64,000 bases of DNA from assembly GCA_030141605.1 (NCBI GenBank), contig JAQGDQ010000167.1:335877-399876 (forward strand). The letters run 5' to 3'. The notes beneath the pieces are model-generated. The model did not search any database and was not told the DNA's origin. It saw only the letters and a list, made by a program, of their open reading frames with translations. Numbering within the stretch: the stretch's first letter is position 1; each line of letters starts with the position of its first letter. The DNA comes from Tubiluchus corallicola. Taxonomy: Eukaryota > Animalia > Priapulida. Below, in pieces: positions 1 through 10,788 of the stretch. Made by a program: the position numbers and the translations under genes.

Positions 1-48
1 AAGTGTTCTAGATTTTCGTGAAATTTACAGTCCTGTTACTGAAAGAAA

Positions 49-1011
49 ATGAACAACATTTCTGAAAAACAGCTGTCAAACTATACCGACTCTTTCAACT
101 ATGCAGCTGCATTTGTATTTTCCAACATTGGCATATCCATTCTCATTGCAGCCAGTAACGCTCTTGTGATGGCTGCACTTATCACCGAAAAGCAGTTTCA
201 CAAGGTGGCATACGCTTTCGTCGCAAACCTGGCAATTGCAGACTTCATGACAGGAATGTTTATGCTGTATAACACGCTGTCGATATTGGTACCAGAACTG
301 CTGAACTCAAAGTACGCTTGCCTGACAGTGTATATGGGATGTATCCTTTCTGGACACCTGTCAATTCTGAGCATTGTTTTGATTGCAGCCGATCTATACG
401 TGAAAATCGTCCATTCTCTCAAGTATCACGAAATCATGACAAGCAAACATGCAGGGCTCTTAATACTTGGTACGTGGGTGGTCTCGCTAACGACGACGTC
501 TTTGCCGTATTTGGGCTGGTCGAACGACTATCCGGGCATATATGCTTGCCTCTTTTTAACGGTTCTCCCACCCAGTTATCTCTTCTTTTGGTTTGTTGTC
601 AATTTTGTCATCCCAACATCCGCTTTTGTTTTCATGTACCTTCACATAACAAGCATAGCTCGTCACCATTCCAAGCAGATTGCCATCCAAGCCCAGGTAG
701 GTCACAGTGGTGGTGCAGGAGGTCCGACTCAAATGCAGCTTATAAATAGAGAACTGAAGATGATGATCACGACTATGATCGTACTACTTACGTTTATTGG
801 ATGTTGGTCGCCATTAGCCGTCGTCGTCTTAGTAGACATTTACTCTTTTCTCGTTCATCCTGAAACGGCAACCCACGCAGACATAATGGTGGTGGCTTTG
901 TTCGTCTACTGCAACTCGTTTTTCAACCCGATCATATATGGCATAAGAGATCGCAACTTTCGCAGGGCGTATCGTAAAGTTATCTGCTGCGAAAGACCTC
1001 AGCAATGGTAA
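49..1011 (+). CDS. Class A (rhodopsin-like) GPCR, GPR119/adenosine-receptor-like; single coding exon, 320 aa
   Basis: Seven hydrophobic segments with family motifs: TM1 SNxLV, TM2 NLAIAD, TM3 Cys plus D-L-Y, TM4 W and LPYLGW, TM5 P..Y followed by IARHHSKQI, TM6 CWSP, TM7 NSFFNPIIY, helix 8 NFR and CC. N-terminal N-glycosylation sequons. Acceptor-like tttacag ending at 30 suggests a 5'UTR exon upstream of the window. Confidence 0.93.
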   Translation: MNNISEKQLSNYTDSFNYAAAFVFSNIGISILIAASNALVMAALITEKQFHKVAYAFVANLAIADFMTGMFMLYNTLSILVPELLNSKYACLTVYMGCILSGHLSILSIVLIAADLYVKIVHSLKYHEIMTSKHAGLLILGTWVVSLTTTSLPYLGWSNDYPGIYACLFLTVLPPSYLFFWFVVNFVIPTSAFVFMYLHITSIARHHSKQIAIQAQVGHSGGAGGPTQMQLINRELKMMITTMIVLLTFIGCWSPLAVVVLVDIYSFLVHPETATHADIMVVALFVYCNSFFNPIIYGIRDRNFRRAYRKVICCERPQQW

Positions 1012-2338
1012 CACTTAATACTATTACCAGTAAGGCTTGATATAAAAAGGCTCTGCAGTTGCTTGTATGTCAATGGTCATTATTTAAGCCAGGTGATTCA
1101 CCAAAACTGAGCTTCGTGAATGCTCAAAAGAGAATATTTAAGGTTCTCTTAAATAAATAATACGCAAGAGACACAAAAACAACCATTGTGATTCTGATTG
1201 CCATTGTGCTGTATCATTGTTATTATTTCGACATTGTGTACCCATAGTTTTCTCTGTATTGATGTATCTAATTTGACTAATTTCTTTGCTGATTAAAACA
1301 CTGCTGTTTTTACAAAATAATAAGTTGGTGGCAATTTTCATGAATTGTAATTTTCGGAAAAAAAGGCTTTTATTTTTGTAGAATATGCTGTAAAATTGCA
1401 AATTGTGGTAACTTACAACAACTTAGGACAGCAAAATAATTACTAGCAAATGTGAATGTTGATTTTCGTTTTCTTGTGCACTAGCAATTCAGAAATCAGC
1501 AGCAGAGTAAATAAGCAAAGAGAACTTAGCAACAACATTTTCACTTCTTGTGAGTATCAATATATTCACAATTATATTTAATTTTATTTAGTTATTATGG
1601 CTGTTTGTCTTTGAAGTGTCAGTTTTTCTCAGAGTTCTTTGTATTTTAAATATGGAAATTTTCGTACCCTCTGATAAGAACCGTAGCAAACATGTTTTTC
1701 GTATTGAAGTAATAAGTAGACTTTTACGTTTCAAAAACTACAGTAACTTTTTGGCAAAGTTTAAGCTATCAATTATTCTAGTCAGTAATGGATATTTGTA
1801 ACTTGATATTAGATATTCGTTGATTTGCATTGCTATCCTGTATGCTTTGTACTTGGATGTACTTAGTGCCATCTAGTGTTGAAAATTAATATATTACTGT
1901 GTTCATTGCCATTTAGTTTCTAAATTTCATTCTTAAATTTCTTTGATTTTCCCGTGTAACACAAACAGTCGCTTTTTTCTTATGGTTTGCTGAACAATGT
2001 TATTAAACTGTTCTGATATTTGAATATTTGATCAAAAGGTCTCTGGTGAAGAATACAAAGCTATTTCTGTCACAAACTTTTCACATTTTTTTCTTTTTGT
2101 CATGTTTGGTTTAAGAAATGGAAAAGCGTGTTAGTTCCATCATCGGTATAATTAAGTTCATTTCTTGGTATAAAAATGCTAAATAATTTTCACTTAATTC
2201 ATTACATAAGATAATAAGAGATATAAAGATTAGCCATAGACTAAATTTTAACAACGGATGAAAATAGGAAGAGGCCAAAATTCCAAACAGCAAATTTTCT
2301 TTGCTTGTTTGTGCTTCAAAGCGAGTCTTTAATATTAA

Positions 2339-2931
2339 AGGAAAAAAGGATAATTTTTCGTACCCTACCATAGTTTGAAGTATGGTAAAAACTATATATT
2401 TTAACACATATAATAATGTCAAAGCATTTTTGGTAATTAAGTAATGGCTGAACAATTTAAATAACGGTTCGCGAGCCAAACTACTGATGACATCACAGCT
2501 GAACATAATTTGCAACAGCACAAACACGAGAGTGTTGCACGTGTTTGTAAAAATGAAATTAGAAGTACAGTGCTACTGTACAACATTCAGTGTGATATAC
2601 AAAAAAATCAACAAATTTCAAGTTTACGGTTGTACTCACGCGTGAACTGTTGAGCATGTGTATTATGTCACAACTGAACACCTCTGATGTGAGAAGTACA
2701 GCAGTTCTTTTTCGTGCAACACGTTTCATAGATACCGGAGCTAGTGCCCATCTAACTAGCAAATGGCGAAATGCACGTAACAGCGAAGAACTAGTGGCGT
2801 GAACGCAAAATTGCGTTCTGTGCTAAGGATTCTTTCACGTAAACCATTATTGAAAAATAGCATGTTTCCTTTCAATATTTTATATATTAGATTGTTTTGA
2901 GCTATAGTTTAAAACTGGGTCTGGTTTTCCT
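2339..2931. mobile_element. Non-autonomous Kolobok/T2-type MITE, family A, full-length copy
   Basis: TTAA at 2335-2338 and 2932-2935 flank AGG...CCT termini with short imperfect TIRs (AGGAAAA). Internal sequence recurs at 5247, 16433, 38041, 41717 and about 60625. Confidence 0.8.
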
Positions 2932-4639
2932 TTAAATTAATGTTGAAGTTTTGGGTTTTGGTTTCATAAGCCCACCGTAGTCAGTGATGAAGTGATCTGA
3001 GATACTTAAGTAAGTTATCCTAGAGTGACAAGACATTGTTGTCACCAAGGCAAATGTAGCTTAGCCATAGTGAATACAGTAATTGTTTCATACAAGTGAA
3101 AAAACGTCCATTAATCTTGAAATATGTTTAAAGCTAACATGATAGTGTGATGTTATTAAAATACAAAGAAATGAAATCAGCTATAGAATGTTGAAGCAAA
3201 AATTGTTGTTCATATTTTAAGGCGACTTTTTAATTAATTTTTTGATTGCTTTCTATTAATTAGGATATAACCGTGTAATCTAAATTCTTATGAATACTGT
3301 TTTAAAAGAAAGTTGAATGCAATTTTATAATTCCACTGGCAATTTTTTTGTGACAAGAATCAGTTGCTACAGAGCTGCCTTTGCAGTAGAAATGACAGTG
3401 AAACGTAGAAAGCCGGGGAGAGTCTCCCCCTGGGAGGGGGAGGGGGGATGAGCAAATTATGACCCAGAATTTTTTCCTTTTTTTGGATATCAAAATCAAA
3501 TTAGCAAAAACTGAAGCAAAAAATAAAAAAAATAATGTAAGTTTAAGATACCAGTTAGCTTTTTTGTGCCGTTATTGGAGTTCACTATGCCTTATATATA
3601 AATAATTGTTCTTTTGTACACAAGAAAAAGACTCAGTAGCATCCAAAAGTGCTTAATTTTCAATAATTGTAATAGCCTTTTGTGTAATGTACATCGTGAG
3701 ATTCATGAACGCTACTGTATTATTGAGAATACTACTGCTAGTAATTATGTTGTGATTTGTACTGGTGGCAAAGGAAGCCATTCTAGCCAGGTGATTTGCA
3801 AACGTGCCTGTGAAGCTGTGGAATGCATGAGAATTGAAATTGGATGCCTGTCCATGTGTGAAAGGCTTAAAATGCGTGTGACACACGCCTAATGAGTGAG
3901 AGTTGGCCGGTATGCTTCTTGCTTTTTCAGTTGTTAATCAGTAGCATAGAACTGTGTGCTGAAGATATGGTCCCATTTTTAATAATAATAACCTTTATTT
4001 AACGTCAGCGTATGTTTAGCAGACAACACAAACCTGCTGTGGGGTTACATGCAGGTCTTAAATAACAGAATAAAATTAAACAAAACAACAAAGATCAGTA
4101 TTGCTTTGCCTTTACTCTTATTTTCATCTATTAGTTTGTTAATATAGTCCTGTTCTGATATGTTTCCAGGTTTCGTAACCCCAAAATCACAGTCCTAAAC
4201 TGAAACCTGCTTACTGCTCGGAACCAACTAAAACCCAAACCCGTTAACTTGCTGTAGGATACTGTTTCTATATGTATCAACCAACTTAATTTTAGAGTTT
4301 GATTTTACGGTTCCCTCAAAAAATACCATTTGTTTTGAGGTACAAGACTCTCTGCAGCCTGCAGTGGGCTGCCAGGAAACCAAGCGGAGTTGGTACAAAT
4401 ATGAAACAACTTTTTTTTGAAATTTTCTTCTAAATTAATAATTTTTAAAAAGCACAATTCTTCTTAATGTTTTCTATTTTCTTGCAAGTTTTTTTAGTTT
4501 CAATGAAGATTTTATTTCATTTCCTGTTCCACTTTCCAGTTTAACAAGTAACAGTATGCATTATGTGTGTTTGCGTAGCTTATAGTGCTTATTTGTTTCA
4601 CATTTCAAAAATGAATTGTTGAAATCAAATCAAATTTGG

Positions 4640-5170
4640 CAGAGTTATCTGTGGCACCTGCTACCTTATTAGGGATAATGAAGTCACAGGTGGCTGCGTC
4701 TGGATAACTTGGTGTATTTTACAAAGCCATTGACATCTTGAAGATGATGAGAACAATCTAACCAGATTTTGCACAAACACTGATATACCTGTGAGACGGC
4801 TACATGTGTAGATCTGAAAGGTCAGAGGTCAGGGTCACAGTGAGACTTAGTATATCGTAAATCAAAAATGAATACACCAGATTAAACAAAATTTGACAGT
4901 AAGTTTTTCCACAACATGTACTTGAATTACGCTTGCAGTCAAAAATCTGACAGTCAAAAGTCAAAGTTACAATTACAAGAATGATACGAATTTGACCTGA
5001 TTAGAATCAGCTAAAGGTCAAACAGGTGACATAGTATATTTAGAGATAGATCTCATAGTTCATAACCAACTCAGGCAAATTTGACTAACAGATTGTAGTC
5101 AAATAACAATTTGTATGCAAATTCTTGAAAAGTCAGGACCTCATGATCACTGCAATTGCTGGGCATTACT
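4640..5170. repeat. Degenerate interspersed repeat rich in AGGTCA/GGTCA-like motifs
   Basis: aaaggtcagaggtcagggtcacag at about 4817-4840, gtcaaaagtcaaagtt near 4953, aaaggtcaaac near 5013. Boundaries approximate. Confidence 0.4.
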
Positions 5171-5246
5171 CTAAGGTTTAGTGAAAAAGTTTTGTGCCAA
5201 GTATGCTAGTTTTTGACTCACTGCAGTAAGGGAACTTAAAAATTAA

Positions 5247-5712
5247 AGGCAAACTGGACCCACTCTTAAACTGTAGCTCAAAACAATCTACCTATAAAAT
5301 ATCGAAAGGGAACATGCCATTTTTTCAAAAAATTTTTACGTGAAAGAATTATTATTATCACAGATTCGCCTTTTGTTTGCCTTTCACTAGTTAGACAGAT
5401 AGTAGCACTTGTATCTCAGAAACATTGTGCACAATAAGTAGGTGGCTGTACCTCTCAGTAAGAGCTGTGATGTAGTGCACACGTTTGAGAGTTCATGCGT
5501 GAGCACAGTGATAAACTTAAAATTTGAATTTTAAACATAAACTTTGTCAAGTTTTTGTATACCACACATTAGCACTGTACTTCAGTTTCTGTTTTCATGG
5601 AGTTTCCAAATTGCTCATGAATGTTTGAGCTGTTAAAAATTATGTTTATTTGTGACGTCATCATTAGCAGGTACCGACCGTTAATTAAGTTTTTAATTAT
5701 TATTTAATTATC
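5247..5712. mobile_element. Kolobok/T2-type MITE family A, opposite orientation, truncated
   Basis: TTAA-AGGCAAACTGG start; reverse-complement similarity to the 2339-2931 copy; second terminus missing. Confidence 0.75.
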
Positions 5713-5936
5713 ACTGACGTGTAAATGAACCCTTCGGGTGTTTTTAAGTAAAGTTTGGCCAATTCTGTGACGACAATATCATTTTAGCATTCGTATTCCA
5801 GCGTCTCATAATTAAGTCATGAGCAATAACCAGTGTCTTTGTTTACCAAGTTATTATGACTTATATATCTATGTAATTTTTGTTTGTATCTCAGTGTGAG
5901 AAAGCTCAATAATTTATAAATTATTGTTTCTTTCAG

Positions 5937-8518
5937 ATATTTGTGCCTCAGATTTGGTGACTTCCACAGAGGACTGGAATGAGTCAGAAGTGCTGGACAA
6001 AGTTGAGGTGCTACGTGGTGTACTATCTAAACTCCCAAATGAGACACCAAAAGGGACAGCAAAAGTGCAGTTATCGCAGAACGAGTTGCAAAATGGCACA
6101 TTGAGTAGTATTACAGGGTCAAGTGGTGATTTAAAACAACCAAGTACAAATACTGCTCCTAGAAAATGCCTCAAGGCTAAGAGAACAAAAAATAAGACAA
6201 CGCCTGAGGCAGCTCACAAAGAAAGTAATAAAAGGATACTGTGTGATAAAGACGAATATTGTTTTGAAAATGGTGATATGGATACAAACTGTGATATAAG
6301 TAACAGGCTAGAGAGGGGCTGTGGTGATGTTAATGAATTAGTTGAACAAGTTGTTGAAAACTGTGACACTGATACATTTGGCGAAGAACATTCCAACGTT
6401 CCTGTGAGACATGTAGAAACTGGTGCAGGTGATAACTGCTTGAACAGCAGAAAAGCCAAATTACATTCAAATTTTCGTGAACCTCACAATCAGACCAGTG
6501 AACACAAATCACCTACAAAAAATTTTTCACCGGTGATGAGAGAACGGCAGGACCAAAGTCAACAAAAGCAAATTCGTCCATTATCCGTCAGTGAAATAGA
6601 GAATCCGAAGATCTGTGAAAAGTCTGAGGAAACGGTCACCTCCAAAATCCCAAAGGGCGAAGAAACAAGCTGCACCATTGTTGCTAACCCAATTTACTCT
6701 TCAGAGGTGGAAGATAGAAATAAGAAGAATATTAGCGAAGAAATTTGGAAGGACGAAATTCACGCCCAAAACCAGCTTAATCTCGATACAAAAGTGACCA
6801 AAATTATTTCTTCGCTAGATCTATTTTCTTGGGGCAAGAAAGCAAACCGCGAAGCCTTTTGTACATATGACGATACTTTGGAAGACTATAGAAAATTTGA
6901 GGTTAGTCTTCCAGGTGAAAAGAGAGACATGCTGCTGCATAAGTACAGTGTTCAACAAACTACTGCAGCAGACAATGAAAATTGGCAAAAATTTGACCAA
7001 TTTGATCAGTCCGTTCCTTCTGTGCAAATCAGCAAAAAGCAATTAAAATGCATTGATCTATATCTGCAGCAGAGTGCTTGTGACTTACACATGAGAATTG
7101 AGCAGACTTTGTCACAGATCAGAGCACTTCAATTAAAGAAGATGTTAGATAACTTGCTGCAAAACGAAGATGTGATTGATACTGAAGCAAGGATTAAGGA
7201 AAGTACAATTCTTTCTAACCTAGAAAACAACGAACAGACTACAATGAACAGGCTAGAATCTAATGTCAATGAGTGCTCAAAATTTAAGGATGAATCAAAC
7301 TCACAATGTTCATCCTCAGTAAAAGAGGACACTAAAAGCTCAACATGTGAACCCAAAAAACCACAGTCACTTGTGGATGAAAATGTCTGTAGTAGTTACC
7401 CGCGGTTTGATCTTCTACATGCTGATAATGATCAACCAAAGATTGCCACGAATACGCAAACTCCAGTGTTTGATTTTCCTGTCACTAACAGATCAATTGC
7501 TAATGTTGTAGCAGAATCAGACAGCATAAAAAGTGATACAAAGTTTCATTCTAATGATCCTTATGTTGTTCAACATTTAGCCGATATGGGAACAGATACG
7601 AAAAGGAAAGGAAATTATGTTTTTAGAAATAATCTCGATGAAGCGCACCTTTCGGCCAATACATTAGCAAACAATGATGCCGATATAGGTAACATACCTA
7701 GCAGAAAAGTCTTGTCACGATCCACGATACCTTTACTCAACTTTGCAAAGGAGATCAGTGAAAATCCCTTTATATCTAACAAAACTGAATTAACCTTCAG
7801 AGAACAAAAATTATTACATTCCAGTCAGCAAATAGAAGATTCTGATGAACTTTTTACCAGTTATAATTGTACTGAACAAACTTCTATTAAAAACATGACA
7901 GGCACGAAGGAATGCCTTCTAGGTTCCTCTTCGGATGATAGTGAATCAGATGCCACTTCCAGTGACAGTAGTTCGCTTCCAGATGTTTGCTACAGAAAGA
8001 ATCTGCGCAGACATTGCAGCGGGAAAGAACTGCCAGGTGATGAGCCAGGAGACTTTAATACAACTGACTGGTGTTCTGTTAACACCTGCACTAAACACAA
8101 AAATGGCAATTCAAATGGAAATAGTAAGAGATGCTTTGAAAAGAATAAAAAACATGCCAGTGTAGTTAGTAGTGACGAAAGTGATTCCGACAATGAGGAA
8201 TGCGAATTTAGGCCGAGCACCATCACACAGCGTGGCGCTAGCTTTTATAACAGTGAAAATCAAGCAACATCAAATAAATCGCAGGCCTATAATGGTCATT
8301 TTGACATGTACCCATATAATTACGCAGCTAACTTCTTGTGGCCACATGACATGCCATTTTATTATGGTTACTGGTATGATTATTGGCAAACATGTAGCAA
8401 CTATGCAGTCGAGCCTGTGCAGAATTATTGCACAAACTTTCAGCAGCATTATATACAATACATGAGCCAGTGCTGGGAAAAAATAAAAAAGTCTAGAAAT
8501 AGTGAAGAAAACAGCTGA
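5937..8518 (+). CDS. DDX20: Large terminal coding exon, probably DDX20/Gemin3 DEAD-box helicase (disordered C-terminal region)
   Basis: Acceptor ttgtttctttcag ends at 5936; exon starts in phase 1 (x|AT) and stays open for about 860 codons. Start (D)ICASDLVTSTEDWNESEV resembles the recalled start of the human DDX20 last exon (DPIPSGLMEECVDWDVEV). The end YYGYWYDYW...FQQHYIQYM resembles the recalled Tyr/Trp-rich DDX20 C-terminus. The helicase exons are not in the window. Confidence 0.68.
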
Positions 8519-9794
8519 AAGTGGCTTTATAAATTTTACTGAAGTTGCGAGTTTTAATGACATTTTGCTAAATTTGTTTTAATGTCCCATCATCATTATT
8601 ATCATGCTTTCGTGTAGCTTATACTTGATTAATTTCTCTAGGTAGTTTGACGCCCTAGGCAGAAGTATTTTAGTGCCCCCTTTTCCTTGCGGTCCCCAAC
8701 GCACCCCAAAAACGAATTTTTCTTGTATGATATTATAACAAAGTATAACTGTAGCTGTTAGTTAGGCTTAAACATTAAGTGTAGTTAATCACCTGTGTAC
8801 AGCTTGCGATAATTTCACTTGAAATTGTATCTATGACCCAGTTGTACATCCTGGGAGCACTGGAAATTTGGTTGAAATCAAATTTCTGAAATTTCTGGTT
8901 CTCTTGACTAGATTTTCCCTCAGAGTTTTCGTTTTCGCTTCATTACCTTCACAATCATAACTCTGGTCTGGTTGCAAATTCTTCATTAGAGGTTCTTTTT
9001 GCTGTTCAATGTAGCCACACACCAGCTTTTTCCTTTCGTTTCCTATATTCCGCCACTGAAGACTTATTCCAGAATTTGGTGCCATAGGCAAGTGCGTGCT
9101 TTGCCTAGTGGTAGAGCCGGCCTTGATTAAGACCTTATTTGCTTGATTGACATTAAATTCTAGTGAAAAGTTAGCGTTTTTATGCACTTGTCTGCACTCT
9201 GCACACACACACCTGTGACTGTTACAATCACACATCTTTATTACAAGTAATTATAGGTGTATGAAATACAAAAATATTTTTCTCATGTTCATATTAGGTG
9301 GGATATATGATAACCGTACCAGGACGAACTCATGTGCTGCTAACCATTCTCAAGCAATTTTATTTTAATAACGACATGCTACGCCCAAACTGTTTTGAAC
9401 TATTAGCTCGTTTGAAATGATTTGAAAGGAATACCCGATTGTAACACGTTTTTGTAAAAGTAAAACTGCTAGGGCTATGATTCAGTACACTGGTATTACA
9501 TGTGCTTTGAAACAAGCTTTTCTTTTCTAGAAAATTTGTATTTCCCGCTGTTTAACGTCAAGTAAGTTAAAAACCTTGTTTACTTATGTGTATGAGTGCA
9601 CATTTGTTCTGTAGAAACAGTAGAAGAAAATCATTGAAACTCGTTGTTTGTATCTCAGCTGGACAGAAATGTTTTGTCTCATTGAACCTGGTGACTTTCA
9701 CACGTATGCTGTAACTTGAAACAGTAGTCTGCTGTATAATGTTTTTCAGTATTTATGTAATTATGTGTATAGCAAAGTGTAATCTTTTAAATAC

Positions 9795-9998
9795 AATAAA
9801 CAAAATTAAGTACTGTGATTCGTGAAATTATTTTTAATGCATTTTATGTAACTTACGCTTGCTTTCTGATGTGAAAGTTTCCTTTAAAAAACGAATGTCA
9901 CTTACAGGCAGCACTTAAAGTTTTACTTCCTTTTCTCGCTATAAAAATAAATAATTGGAACTCGCTGGGACTCGTGTAAACTTGAACATTGTAATAAA
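9795..9998 (+). terminator. Candidate poly(A) signals for the + strand DDX20-like gene
   Basis: AATAAA at 9795-9800, 9946-9951 and 9993-9998, after about 1.3 kb of UTR-like sequence. Confidence 0.4.
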
Positions 9999-10788
9999 AA
10001 TGCTTCACCAAAATGAAACGCACTAGTGAATATTAAAAAATAACAAAATGACTTCTAAATGTCTGCTAACAAAACATTTTAAATTAACAATTACAATGTT
10101 ATTGGCACAAATAAAAAATACTGTATATATTTGTATATACAGTTTTAAATTAAAACAGTAACCACTATTAAAGAAAATGTTATAAAAATAATAATAATGA
10201 TAATAACTAATTTTTATGCTTACACAAACTATCTTTTTTAAACATGAAATAATAATTATATACAAAAATATCTGTTGTACTGTTATAACTTGGAAACTGG
10301 TAAAAACACTAAATACTTGCAATAAAAGTCTAATTACTTGAAATGAAAATAAAATTTCGTATGTGAACGCGAAAAAGATAACTCAAGAACAATAAAATTT
10401 TGATCAGATATAAACACCTATTGGCTAGCACAATGACCCTATATTTATAATGTTTTTTGGCTAGCCACTACTCGTACCAAGCGAATACTGTTTTTGGCGA
10501 TATCAGAAATAATTCAATGCATGGAAATGAAGTTTGTAGTGATCGTCAGAAATCATACAGCAGTAAATAAAGTAATACTAACAAATAGATGTGAATAAGA
10601 AATATAAAATTGGTATAATGACAATAGTTATCAAAATGAATTAGTAAAAATCAGTATACTTAAGAAACAGTATGTAATGTTAATTAATATAAATAACAAT
10701 GAAACGAAAGAACAAGAAAAGCACGAAAAACTACAAAGAAAAATTATGTTAAAAAAGAGTAGAGTGTGTATGTGTGTAGCCAACATAC

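Noticed and set aside
1003-1014. Splicing from the GPCR end (TG|gtaaca) to the 5937 exon, giving a GPCR with a huge tail
   Set aside because: The donor would be phase 2 while the 5937 exon needs phase 1, and that exon is better explained as DDX20.
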